DNA from: a virus
Taxonomy: Duplodnaviria > Caudoviricetes
DNA length: 55,450 nucleotides
IMG/VR virus record: IMGVR_UViG_3300025108_000062
Location: 1 to 55,450 of that record
Reading direction: 5' to 3' (one strand)
The notes under the pieces were generated by a model, which was not told where the DNA came from, ran no database searches, and was given only the letters and a program-made list of their open reading frames with translations. A program made the position numbers and the translations under genes. Positions 17,864 to 27,835 of this stretch are shown one piece after another. The stretch's first letter is position 1, and every line of letters begins with the position of its first letter.

Positions 17864-18217
17864 ATGGAAAGTAAAAAAGAATCGATTAAGGTTTTAGAAG
17901 AGTGCGCAGATTTACAGATAAAAAAGTCTAATGACTACCAAAATCCTAACTCACGTATAAAACAGACAGATTATTATCCTCGTGGAATTGTGTCAATTCT
18001 TGATATTGTCCACGCAAAAGTTCTTCGTATGCAATCCGTTCTTGAGGCAATGGAATACGACACAGAATATACCCAAAACTTTGAATCTTTGGAAGACTCT
18101 GCAAAAGATTTGATTAATTATTCTTCATTCATGGTTGCATACATGCGGCATGGTATTGAAGGTCAATCGCCTGACCGCGATTTTCTAAACCGCAAAAAAC
18201 CTACAGGTCATAAATAA
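17864..18217 (+). CDS. DUF1599/nucleotide-modification-associated (MazG-fold) protein
   Basis: KKSNDY, K..R, ES.EDS..DLINY pattern. Confidence 0.7.
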   Translation: MESKKESIKVLEECADLQIKKSNDYQNPNSRIKQTDYYPRGIVSILDIVHAKVLRMQSVLEAMEYDTEYTQNFESLEDSAKDLINYSSFMVAYMRHGIEGQSPDRDFLNRKKPTGHK

Positions 18218-18221
18218 TTTT

Positions 18222-19457
18222 ATGAAAATAATACATATATTAGGCAGAGGGATTGAAGGTTGCGGTGTAACACGATTTACATTAGAAATAAAAAATTGGG
18301 CCTTATCTAAGGGATGGGATTATAAAATTTATGCAACTAAAGATAAGCGTTGGACTCGGGCTAAATCCCACATTTTAGGAGAAAACGTAATTGAACAAAA
18401 ATTTGGCAATAAACCTTCTAGAGGTGATAGTGTTTGCGGCGTTGATAATATCATTGAAGATGCAAAAGATGCTGATATGGTAATTATCGGTTCGCTACCA
18501 TCGAAAGGGCATCCAGATGATTGTATTGAAAACTTTAGTAAGCTTATTAGCAGTATTGATACTAAAGTTGTTATGATTCAACATGATCATAAAATGATGT
18601 CAATCCGTAGGAATGCAGTCCTCGACGAAACAATTAAAAAGGCTGATGTTATATTCTCTTATTCTACAAAGAGTCCTTTTATGAATTATTGCAGAACTGT
18701 TGGAACAAACGCAGCGCTACACAATTTTTGTAATGGGATTGACATTTCAACAATTAAAAATGAGTATTGGAAATCAATTGAAGAGCAAGATGAAAATCAT
18801 TTAAAATGGATCGGCCGTAGTGCGTATTGGAAAGGATTTGATGTTCTTTTTGATTTATATGAAAACAACGCAAAAAACCAAGGTTTTCTTTTTACGTTAG
18901 AAGGAATGGAACGATCAATTCAGTTTGTAGATATACGCAAAAAATACGATTTTCATCATCCAGACAGCGACTTTGGTTTTAATTTAGAATACGACACTAA
19001 GCCATATGTGTTTTCAGCATACAAATACACTGAAATGCTTGAAAGATTATCTAAATGCGCCTTTGGTTTTCAGCTAACATATCTTCAGCCTGAATACATT
19101 CAAAATTTTATTGAATTTACTCACTTAGAAATTGTTGCGGCTGGATGCATTCCAATATTTAGAAAGTCTTATGGCGATCATTGCTATCATTTGCAAACTG
19201 GTAATGCAATGACTGCTGATAACGATAATGGAACAATTTGGCTAGGAGAAGTTGGCTCAGATCACGCACAAAATATGGAGTTAATTAATCAATTAAGAAA
19301 AGATTCTGTAATGCGTGATGAATGGAGACATAAAGCATATGAGTACTATTATTCTCATAATTCGCCTGATTCATCGTTTAATGATTTCTTTAATAAAGTG
19401 AAAAAAACAAATAAAGAAACTAATCGTATTATAAACATCGAAGAATTTTTTGCATAA
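18222..19457 (+). CDS. a-gt: DNA alpha-glucosyltransferase (T4 a-gt homolog)
   Basis: RGIEGCGVTRF, KDK.WTR..SH, QHDH...S.RRN..L.ET...ADVIFS, WIGR...WKG, EG.ERS, EMLER.SK, EFTHLE....G.IP. Confidence 0.88.
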   Translation: MKIIHILGRGIEGCGVTRFTLEIKNWALSKGWDYKIYATKDKRWTRAKSHILGENVIEQKFGNKPSRGDSVCGVDNIIEDAKDADMVIIGSLPSKGHPDDCIENFSKLISSIDTKVVMIQHDHKMMSIRRNAVLDETIKKADVIFSYSTKSPFMNYCRTVGTNAALHNFCNGIDISTIKNEYWKSIEEQDENHLKWIGRSAYWKGFDVLFDLYENNAKNQGFLFTLEGMERSIQFVDIRKKYDFHHPDSDFGFNLEYDTKPYVFSAYKYTEMLERLSKCAFGFQLTYLQPEYIQNFIEFTHLEIVAAGCIPIFRKSYGDHCYHLQTGNAMTADNDNGTIWLGEVGSDHAQNMELINQLRKDSVMRDEWRHKAYEYYYSHNSPDSSFNDFFNKVKKTNKETNRIINIEEFFA

Positions 19458-19458
19458 A

Positions 19459-20655
19459 ATGAAAAACAAATATAATTACGCTTCGTGCGTTCCACTTATA
19501 GGTGGTGAAACAATCGCAATGGAAAACGCCTTTGAAAAAAGACCTGAGTATATTTTATCGTATTCGCCTTTTCAAGACAACGACTCACAACTTCTAAATC
19601 ATTATAATAATGAAGTTCCATATTATTTAATTGATCAAGGGGATGAAAAGAAAAGTTATGTGGATGTAGTAAACGCTGTATGTCCATGTGCTGGGTTATC
19701 TTCACTTAGTCCATCAGCTTCTATAGATAATAAAGCAAACGATTGGATGGTTGAATCTGCAAAATACGTTTTAGGTAAAGTTAAACCTAAAGTTTTTTGG
19801 GGAGAAAACGCTCCTCGTCTTGCTTCAAAAATGGGTGGTCCTATCGTAAAAAAATTAAGAGATGTAGCAAAAGAAAATGGTTATACTCTTCTCTTATATA
19901 AAACAAAATCAAAACTTCACGGCCTAAGCCAAACTAGGGACAGATCTTTTTACTTTTTCTGGAAAGGAAAAAGAATTCCATATATGCCTTTTTATCATCG
20001 TCCACACGAAAGAATTGAAGATACTATTATAAATTCATTTGTGTCTGATGATGATCCTATGAATAAGTTGACAAACACTGGTAAACCAACAGAAAATCCT
20101 TTTTACAAATATGTTTTAGAAGAAATTGAAGGCGGTATTACTCATAGACAATTTTTTGATAAGATTGAAAAAACTATTAATCCTATGGATTATATAGAAA
20201 AACATGGTATAGAATATGATAAAGTTGCGGTTTGGATGGAAGACAATGGTTATCCTAAAAAAGCAGAAAGATGCTTGCAGGTTCATAAAAAGCTAAAAGC
20301 TGGAGGAAACGTTATGCGCAAATTAACCGAAATACCTAAGGATTACATTGGTGCTTTCGTTGGTCATATGCCAACATGTCTTACACACCCACATAAAGAT
20401 AGATATCTTACTATTCGTGAGTGTTTAGCGATTATGAAAATGCCAAAAGAGTTTCAACTTCAAGGAGGAAAAAGAAATCTTAATATGATTTGTCAAAATG
20501 TTCCTGTTACTACAGCTACAGACATGGCGTTAGGTATTAAAGATTGGCTCAATGGAAAATTAAATAGTCGTGAAGCAGATTTTGCTATCGCTGATAATAA
20601 AAAACAAACAATAGAATTTGAGGAAAATGTTCAAACCATTGAATCTTTCATTTAG
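19459..20655 (+). CDS. C5-cytosine methyltransferase-fold protein with atypical motif I
   Basis: Motif IV CPCAGLS, VI WGENAP, VIII SQTRDRSF, IX RYLTIRE, X QNVP; motif I reads PLIGG. Confidence 0.75.
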   Translation: MKNKYNYASCVPLIGGETIAMENAFEKRPEYILSYSPFQDNDSQLLNHYNNEVPYYLIDQGDEKKSYVDVVNAVCPCAGLSSLSPSASIDNKANDWMVESAKYVLGKVKPKVFWGENAPRLASKMGGPIVKKLRDVAKENGYTLLLYKTKSKLHGLSQTRDRSFYFFWKGKRIPYMPFYHRPHERIEDTIINSFVSDDDPMNKLTNTGKPTENPFYKYVLEEIEGGITHRQFFDKIEKTINPMDYIEKHGIEYDKVAVWMEDNGYPKKAERCLQVHKKLKAGGNVMRKLTEIPKDYIGAFVGHMPTCLTHPHKDRYLTIRECLAIMKMPKEFQLQGGKRNLNMICQNVPVTTATDMALGIKDWLNGKLNSREADFAIADNKKQTIEFEENVQTIESFI

Positions 20656-20708
20656 TGGTGTACAAACAGACAAAACAGTAGTATAATATCTACAAGCTAA
20701 AAACAGAT

Positions 20709-21758
20709 ATGTCATTATTAGAAAAACTTAAAAAATCATCCCGCTCCGCGGGTGCAGCTGTCCTTTCAGAATCAAAACTTTTTTCTGAAAAAGAATTGAC
20801 ACCAACACCGGTGCCAATGATCAACGTCGCGCTGTCTGGCTCAATCGATGGCGGACTTGCCTCAGGCCTTACAGTATTGGCCGGCCCATCAAAACATTTT
20901 AAAACATCATTTGCGCTTTTAATGGCTGCTGCTTATTTGAAAAAACATGATGATGCGGTTCTTATGTTTTATGATTCAGAATTTGGATCACCACAATCTT
21001 ACTTTGAATCTTTCGGAATTGATACTTCGCGTGTACTTCACACACCTGTTACTAACATTGAAGAACTGAAGTTTGATATTGTACACCAATTAAATGAGAT
21101 TGATCGCAAAGATAAAGTCATTGTTGTAATTGACTCTGTTGGAAATATTGCTTCTAAGAAAGAAGTTGAAGATGCTGAAAATATGAAATCAGTTGCTGAT
21201 ATGACACGGGCAAAAGCTCTTAAAGGTCTTTTTAGAATGATTACACCAACACTAACTCTTAAAGATATTCCTCTTCTTGCTATTAATCACACATACATGG
21301 AACAAGGTATGTTCCCAAAAGCTATTGTTTCAGGTGGAACTGGTGTAATGTATTCTGCTGACAATGTTTGGATTATCGGCCGCCGACAAGAAAAAGACGG
21401 CACCGAAATCAAAGGTTACCACTTTGTTGTAAACGTCGAAAAGTCTCGTTTTGTTAAAGAAAAATCTAAAATTCCTATTTCAGTTTCTTGGGAAGGTGGC
21501 ATTCAGAAATGGTCTGGTTTACTCGATGTAGCTCTAAAAACCGGTCACGTCGTTAAGCCTAAAAACGGTTGGTATCAAGCGAAAAATCCAGCTAATGGCG
21601 AAGAGCTCTGCGGAAATGTTCGTGCTAAGCAAACTTTAGAAAAGGCTTTCTGGGAACCAGTTTTTGAAAATACTGACTTTGCACAAGATATTGAAAAGAT
21701 GTTTAAAATTGGAACAGTAGAAATGGTAATAGAGGAGGTTGAAGATGCCAGCGAATAA
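20709..21758 (+). CDS. uvsX: RecA-like recombinase UvsX
   Basis: AGPSKHFKT, YDSEFG, ADMTRAK, SGGTG..YSAD, KSRFVKEK. Confidence 0.96.
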   Translation: MSLLEKLKKSSRSAGAAVLSESKLFSEKELTPTPVPMINVALSGSIDGGLASGLTVLAGPSKHFKTSFALLMAAAYLKKHDDAVLMFYDSEFGSPQSYFESFGIDTSRVLHTPVTNIEELKFDIVHQLNEIDRKDKVIVVIDSVGNIASKKEVEDAENMKSVADMTRAKALKGLFRMITPTLTLKDIPLLAINHTYMEQGMFPKAIVSGGTGVMYSADNVWIIGRRQEKDGTEIKGYHFVVNVEKSRFVKEKSKIPISVSWEGGIQKWSGLLDVALKTGHVVKPKNGWYQAKNPANGEELCGNVRAKQTLEKAFWEPVFENTDFAQDIEKMFKIGTVEMVIEEVEDASE

Positions 21759-22071
21759 AGTAAACGTCGACAGATATATTCAATTTGTTGAAAAAGGTGA
21801 TAGTGAATTGTATGCATTAAAGGTTGTACAAGGTCCTTATACTGGTGTAATATATACCTATGGTAAAGTTGAAATCAAAGGTACAGTTGATGAACCAGTT
21901 GTAAAATTTGACTTTGCAATTAATGAAGTTCCTAAAGGAAAAAAGAAAACTAAATTAGAAAAATCTAAGGCGTTTAAAAATTTTATGGGTGATATCCTTA
22001 TCACTTTAATCGAAGAAAAAGTTAATGACGAATCTACAGAAGCTGATACTCAAGAATCTGACGAACGATGA
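21745..22071 (+). CDS. Hypothetical protein (position of T4 gp40)
   Basis: About 108 aa between uvsX and 41; synteny only. Confidence 0.55.
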   Translation: MPANKVNVDRYIQFVEKGDSELYALKVVQGPYTGVIYTYGKVEIKGTVDEPVVKFDFAINEVPKGKKKTKLEKSKAFKNFMGDILITLIEEKVNDESTEADTQESDER

Positions 22072-23392
22072 AGAATTTTGTCGTCAGACACTACCACACC
22101 TCAAGCCTGAATACTTTGAAAACGAGTATCGGCCTGTGTATGAACTAATACTCCAATTTTTAGGTAATTACAACAAATTACCAACATCATCTGCACTGGA
22201 TGTTGAGTTTCAAAAGTCTGATTTTATAAATAAGTCAAACAAGAATGAGATTCATAATTTAATTCTTGATTTATGTAATCATGAGAAGATTGACAGAGAA
22301 TGGCTACTGAACTCTACCGAGGAATGGTGCAAGAATAGAGCAGTCTATCTTGCTATCATCAAATCTATAAGCATCATCGATGGAAAGGAAACACAACTAA
22401 CAGATGGTGCAATCCCCGGAATATTATCCAAGGCACTCCAAGTGTCTTTTGATACAAATGTCGGCCACGACTATTTTGAAAATTCAACCCAACGATACGA
22501 TTTCTATCATGCTCAAGAAGATAAAATACCGTTTGACATATCGCTCCTTAACACCATTACAAAAGGTGGTGTTTCGAATAAAACTCTTAACATCATATTG
22601 GCAGGTACGGGTGTGGGAAAAAGTTTGGCGATGTGTCACTTCGCTAGTGCCAATCTCGCCGCTGGACTCAACGTATTATACGTTACTCTCGAAATGGCAG
22701 AAGAAAGGATTGCTGAGCGAATCGATGCTAATTTACTTGATGTCCCGATTGATCAACTTGAGACGTTGCCTCAACAACTTTTTGATACCAAAGTTGACAA
22801 ACTCAAGGAGAAGTCTAGAGGCAAACTTATCGTAAAAGAATATCCTACAGCTACAGCGCATGTCGGCCATTTTAGAGCTTTGTTTGATGAGCTAAGGCTT
22901 AAGAAAAACTTTAAGCCTGATATAGTTTATGTCGATTATCTTAACATTATGGGATCATCGCGCATTAAAGGGTTGGGTGGCTCTGTTAATACGTACTCGC
23001 TTATTAAAGCAATTGCTGAAGAACTCAGAGGTTTAGCTGTTGAGCACGATGTTCCAATCTGGTCAGCTACTCAAGTTACTCGTTCAGGTTTTGGTAATAC
23101 TGATGTTGAGTTGACAGATACTTCTGAATCCTTTGGTCTTCCTGCAACCGCTGATTTAATGCTTGCCCTTATTTCCACCGAACAGCTGGAAGGTATGAAT
23201 CAACTTATGGTAAAGCAACTTAAAAATCGATATAACGACCCAACACAGAACAAAAGATTTGTTGTTGGTATTGATCGATCTAAAATGAGACTATACGATG
23301 TTGAAGATTCAGCTCAAACTTTATCTAGTGATGAAATTACAACATCTGCAGCACCTTGCGGAAATAGCGACTTTTCAGCCTTTAAAATATAG
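22025..23392 (+). CDS. 41: Replicative helicase gp41
   Basis: AGTGVGKS, TLEMAEE, VDYLN, SATQ.TR, TSESFGLPATAD, KQLKNRY. Confidence 0.96.
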   Translation: MTNLQKLILKNLTNDEEFCRQTLPHLKPEYFENEYRPVYELILQFLGNYNKLPTSSALDVEFQKSDFINKSNKNEIHNLILDLCNHEKIDREWLLNSTEEWCKNRAVYLAIIKSISIIDGKETQLTDGAIPGILSKALQVSFDTNVGHDYFENSTQRYDFYHAQEDKIPFDISLLNTITKGGVSNKTLNIILAGTGVGKSLAMCHFASANLAAGLNVLYVTLEMAEERIAERIDANLLDVPIDQLETLPQQLFDTKVDKLKEKSRGKLIVKEYPTATAHVGHFRALFDELRLKKNFKPDIVYVDYLNIMGSSRIKGLGGSVNTYSLIKAIAEELRGLAVEHDVPIWSATQVTRSGFGNTDVELTDTSESFGLPATADLMLALISTEQLEGMNQLMVKQLKNRYNDPTQNKRFVVGIDRSKMRLYDVEDSAQTLSSDEITTSAAPCGNSDFSAFKI

Positions 23393-23396
23393 ATAT

Positions 23397-23471
23397 TGTT
23401 CATTTGAACACCAAAATAGGTGTATTTTCTAGAAAAAAAATATGTACAATGGCTAGTTTTTATGGTAGAAT
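23397..23471 (+). promoter_or_regulatory. Early promoter with perfect TGTTC-N4-GAACA palindrome
   Basis: TGTTCATTTGAACA 23397-23410; TGTACA 23443; TAGAAT 23466. Confidence 0.8.
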
Positions 23472-23485
23472 CTATCTAGATAGTA

Positions 23486-23932
23486 ATGGTTAAAGTATCT
23501 GGATCCGGAAAAAATAAAAGGGCCGAAGTAAAATCTCTAATCGAGTTTTGTGTAGACAAGCTTATGCCGAGACTTAAAGACAAATTAGCAATTGATGTAA
23601 CACTAATTGCTAATCTTACAGAAAAGGAAGGCCTTGCTGGAGATTGTATATGGAATGATGATTCGTGTAATCGTCCTAGAGAGTTTATAATACGTGTTGA
23701 TTCTACACAAGATCGTGATGATATGATGGAAACTGTTGCTCACGAAATGGTTCACGTAAAACAGTATGCCAGAGGAGAGCTTAAAGATTTTTCTGCTACA
23801 GACGCAGTTTGCAAATGGCAGGGGAAAGATATCAATCTTTCAAAGTTAAACTATTATGATCATCCATGGGAGATTGAAGCCCACGGCCGTGAAAAAGGAT
23901 TGTACATCCAATGGGTTTCTTCAGAGATTTAA
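23486..23932 (+). CDS. HEXXH zinc-metallopeptidase-like protein
   Basis: TVAHEMVHVKQY ... PWEIEA. Confidence 0.75.
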   Translation: MVKVSGSGKNKRAEVKSLIEFCVDKLMPRLKDKLAIDVTLIANLTEKEGLAGDCIWNDDSCNRPREFIIRVDSTQDRDDMMETVAHEMVHVKQYARGELKDFSATDAVCKWQGKDINLSKLNYYDHPWEIEAHGREKGLYIQWVSSEI

Positions 23933-23997
23933 CATTAATCATATCGTCAAGTGTATAAATATTATAAATAGAAATACTACTTAATTTATGGGGAATC

Positions 23998-25806
23998 ATG
24001 TTAACATTTAAAGATTACGAAATTTTATCGGATACTATGACAGAAGCAACAGTGAGTGCTTCTAAATACGGAGAAGGATCATTCTTCATTTTAAAGACTC
24101 AAAAGATTGATGCTTTTAATAAAAAACTCGCTGGAAAAATTAACTTGCCACCTTCGCCGGTTTTTAGTAAATTAGATCCCAGCAAAGTTCCTTCTGATGC
24201 TATTATATTTGGTAATCCTAAGGACGAATTAAGAGCTGCATTTAATATTTTAGACGGTCCAGATGGAAAATCATATGGTGCAGTTGCATGGTATGAAAAA
24301 GCAGTTGATAACTATTTTAACAATTTAAAAATAGGATCAGACATAAACTGGGGAAGAGACACACCAACACTAGAAACAGTTCAGTGTATTGGTGTTTTTT
24401 ATAAATCAGTAGAAGCCGATGCTGAAGACAGAAGCCGCGTAATTAAAAATGTAAAGGATATTCTTAACAACGGCCAAGATTGGGATACTAAAGGGAAGTC
24501 AGGTCTTCTTTCAAAACTTGACACAATGACTTCCAAGAATTTTAATGAATTGATTGGACTAATCGCTGGTATGAGTGATTTTATGAGTCTTATTGATTTT
24601 AAACCAAACATTATCCATGGAAGAATTAATGACTATTATTCAGCTGAAGAAGAAAACGAAAACGTTGAAATAACAGGCGTTAAAGCAAATACTGCAGACA
24701 TGATTATTTCTTCCGCTGATGCTAATAAAACGATTGAGGCAATGAAAAGCGACTCATTCACATTTGATAAAAACGGATTAATTACTGGAAAAAATAGTAA
24801 GATTAAGCTTATACAAGTATCTTTGAAAAAATCAGCTAATAAAGCACAACTTGGTAAGGTTACAGCGTACCTTATTCAGAAATACGGTTTACCTTCTTAC
24901 GACGATTACTTCACCGATATTGTCAACGAATCAATTGTTATTGATGAAGGTGTTATCGATTTTATTAAAACTGCTTACAGTAAAGTAAAGGATGTTTTTT
25001 CAAAAGTTTCTGCAGCAGTTACTAATTTCTTTAGTAATATTATGAATAACTTTAAAAAGGTTAATTCTAAAGAGAAGAAAAAAGTTTTTTCACGTTATCA
25101 AAAGCTTTTCAATTTAGGAAAAAGGGATATGTTTATCCTTGAAAGTTATGCTGAAAACCCAAATATTATTCTCGAAAAAAAGGCTGAACAAACTTTGAAC
25201 AGCAAGCTTGAAAATATTAAGATATCTAACGCAAATAAACTCGTTAAAGAAGTTAGAAATAAAAAGAGCGAAATTATTAATTTGTATAATACTAAAGATT
25301 ATCTTATACATAAAGCCGGGAGTAAGATTAAGAACTTTAGTGACAAAAGCGAATTAAACATCGATGTTATTTCAAAACTTCTTTCTAATTCGTATTCATT
25401 GGCATCTGTACAATCTATTATTGGTACAGCGAAAACAGACGAAATTATGTCTGCGGTGATTGACATGCATAAAGAAGTATTTTTCGGTAAGACATCTCTT
25501 CCTCTATATAAAGTGTATGGAAAGTCAGGAGGTAAGTCATGGGAATATTTGGGTTCAGCTGACGAATATGTTGAAAAGAAAAAAGAAAAACTTAAAGACG
25601 TTCAATTTCCAATTTCAGGCATTAGGATGAATACACAAGATAATAAATATTTAAATATCGATCTGTATGTTGTAAGTGACGTTGTGGACAATCAAATTTT
25701 TTATACAGCATTCCGCACTGGAACCAATGCATCAGGTAGATTCTCCTTTAACTTTGAAGGAACTAAAAAAATATCGCACGAACAATTTATTAAATTTTTA
25801 AAATGA
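23998..25806 (+). CDS. Large late protein, probable head-internal, possible nuclease fold
   Basis: Tandem TATAAATA upstream; N-terminal MLTFKDY; TADMII...IQVSLKK resembles a PD-(D/E)XK variant. Confidence 0.55.
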   Translation: MLTFKDYEILSDTMTEATVSASKYGEGSFFILKTQKIDAFNKKLAGKINLPPSPVFSKLDPSKVPSDAIIFGNPKDELRAAFNILDGPDGKSYGAVAWYEKAVDNYFNNLKIGSDINWGRDTPTLETVQCIGVFYKSVEADAEDRSRVIKNVKDILNNGQDWDTKGKSGLLSKLDTMTSKNFNELIGLIAGMSDFMSLIDFKPNIIHGRINDYYSAEEENENVEITGVKANTADMIISSADANKTIEAMKSDSFTFDKNGLITGKNSKIKLIQVSLKKSANKAQLGKVTAYLIQKYGLPSYDDYFTDIVNESIVIDEGVIDFIKTAYSKVKDVFSKVSAAVTNFFSNIMNNFKKVNSKEKKKVFSRYQKLFNLGKRDMFILESYAENPNIILEKKAEQTLNSKLENIKISNANKLVKEVRNKKSEIINLYNTKDYLIHKAGSKIKNFSDKSELNIDVISKLLSNSYSLASVQSIIGTAKTDEIMSAVIDMHKEVFFGKTSLPLYKVYGKSGGKSWEYLGSADEYVEKKKEKLKDVQFPISGIRMNTQDNKYLNIDLYVVSDVVDNQIFYTAFRTGTNASGRFSFNFEGTKKISHEQFIKFLK

Positions 25807-26327
25807 ACCAAAATGTACTAGAAGCACTTGATTTTCATTACGAAAATAGCATCCCACTAGCTAATAATATTTTTAGACCTCATTCTGAAAATTATTACAA
25901 ACTTTTTAGTTATGCACGTATTCTTAAAGAGTCTTTAAATTTAACTGATTTTGACGAGTATTTGTTATCAACAGACATTGGAAATTTTGGAATTTACGAA
26001 GGAATTGAAGTTCCTTTAGATCATCCATTCATCAATGAAGCAGAATACAAAGGTAATAAGGTTGATTTGAATCAACCTAAGCGAGGCGGAAGTAAGAAGT
26101 TTTATGTTTATGTTAAGAATGATAAAGGCAATATCATAAAGGTTGAGTTTGGCGATACATCAGGCCTTGATGTAAATTTCGCTGATGATGGTGCAAGGAA
26201 ATCTTTTGCTGCACGTCACAAGTGTCATCTTAAAAAAGATAAAACAAAAGCAGGATATTGGTCGTGTAATCTCCCACGATACGCATCTGAACTAGGTCTT
26301 AAAAACGGAGGTAATTTTTTCTGGTAA
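25803..26327 (+). CDS. Conserved T4-like late hypothetical protein
   Basis: EAEY.G..V.L..P.RG..KKFYVYVKN, RKSFAARHKC, AGYWSC. Confidence 0.7.
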   Translation: MNQNVLEALDFHYENSIPLANNIFRPHSENYYKLFSYARILKESLNLTDFDEYLLSTDIGNFGIYEGIEVPLDHPFINEAEYKGNKVDLNQPKRGGSKKFYVYVKNDKGNIIKVEFGDTSGLDVNFADDGARKSFAARHKCHLKKDKTKAGYWSCNLPRYASELGLKNGGNFFW

Positions 26328-27835
26328 TGAGTAATCCATATACAGACACAAAAGAAGGTAATGCGAACATTCGTATTTTTGAAGCCGCAGTAGATTCGAA
26401 AGAACTTGTTTGGCATCGTGATAAACAAAATCGGCGAGTTACTATTTTAGAAGGTGAAGGCTGGTCGTTTCAAATGGATAATAATATTCCAAAAAAATTG
26501 GTTGTAGGCGATGTTATTAATATTCCTAAAATGGAATATCATCGTATATACGAGTCAGGATCTACCAATCTTAAAATTTTAATCGAAGAACCACCTATGA
26601 AATCATTTAAAGACTATATTTCAGAAGCTTCCCGCGCTGGCAAAAACACACACATGACACATATCGAAGATCGTGTTATTTACGGTGGAGTCAAGGGAGC
26701 GAGAGAATCAATTCTTGCTCTCCGTTCTTTAAGAGATATGCTAGCTGGTAAAGTTAGTTCTTCAACTAATGTTACTGAAAAATGGGACGGTGCACCTGCG
26801 GTATTTGCCGGAATTGATCCTTCAGATGGTAAGTTTTTCGTAGCAAAAAAAGGTATTTTTAATAAAGATCCAAAGGTTTATAAGTCAGAGGCCGATGTGA
26901 GAAACGATACATCTGGCGACTTAGCAGACAAATTAGTAATCGCATTCAATGAACTTAAAGATCTTGGTATTAAAAACGTTATTCAGGGAGATATTATGTT
27001 TACAAAGGGAGACCTTGAATCTGAATCTATCGATGGTGAAAAGTATATTACATTTCAGCCTAACACCCTCGTGTATGCAGTTCCTTCCGGCTCTGATTTA
27101 GCAAAGACAATTTCAAAGGCTAATTTAGGAGTTGTATGGCATACAACTTACAAAGGTGATAGTTTTGAATCTATGACTGCATCTTATGGTGTAGACGTTT
27201 CTTCTCTTAAAAAGAAAAAAACAGTTTGGTATCAAGACGCTGATCTTAAAAATCTTTCTGGTACCGCAACATTAACTAAAGCGGATACTGAAGAAGTTAC
27301 TGAGCAACTTTCAAAAGCTGGTAAAATCTTCCAAAAGATTAAGTCGACAACTCTTAACGAGCTAGAGAATAATCCAGAACTTGCTACTAAACTTGAGACA
27401 TTTAATAACACACTAGTAAGAAAGCGTGAGCGTATTGAAAATACTGCAAAGCATGTAAATGATCTAATTGCTTGGTTTGATAAAAAACATAAAGCCGAGT
27501 ACAAAAAGCGCAAAAGTGATAAAGGCAAACGAGATATAGCACTGAAGAATGAAAACGAAATGAAATTCTTTTCTAAGGAAAATAGAAAGAACCTTGATAT
27601 GATGTATCAACTAATGAATGCAATTATTGATGCCAAGTTGATTATTATAAATAAATTAGATAAGTTAAAGGAAATTGACACTTTCATTAGAACAAAAAAA
27701 GGTTTTAAAGTAACAGGTTCAGAAGGATTTGTTGCGATTGACTATAACACTAATGGCGCAGTTAAACTAGTTGACCGATTAGAATTTTCTACAAATAATT
27801 TTTCACCAGATGTTATCAAAGGATGGGAACGATAA
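26327..27835 (+). CDS. Cupin-like N-terminal domain fused to a ligase-type nucleotidyltransferase (DUF6267-like)
   Basis: ELVWHRD cupin-like module (aa 1-90); then MKSFKDYISE; motifs TEKWDG, QGDIMF, EGFV, VKLV. Confidence 0.6.
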   Translation: MSNPYTDTKEGNANIRIFEAAVDSKELVWHRDKQNRRVTILEGEGWSFQMDNNIPKKLVVGDVINIPKMEYHRIYESGSTNLKILIEEPPMKSFKDYISEASRAGKNTHMTHIEDRVIYGGVKGARESILALRSLRDMLAGKVSSSTNVTEKWDGAPAVFAGIDPSDGKFFVAKKGIFNKDPKVYKSEADVRNDTSGDLADKLVIAFNELKDLGIKNVIQGDIMFTKGDLESESIDGEKYITFQPNTLVYAVPSGSDLAKTISKANLGVVWHTTYKGDSFESMTASYGVDVSSLKKKKTVWYQDADLKNLSGTATLTKADTEEVTEQLSKAGKIFQKIKSTTLNELENNPELATKLETFNNTLVRKRERIENTAKHVNDLIAWFDKKHKAEYKKRKSDKGKRDIALKNENEMKFFSKENRKNLDMMYQLMNAIIDAKLIIINKLDKLKEIDTFIRTKKGFKVTGSEGFVAIDYNTNGAVKLVDRLEFSTNNFSPDVIKGWER

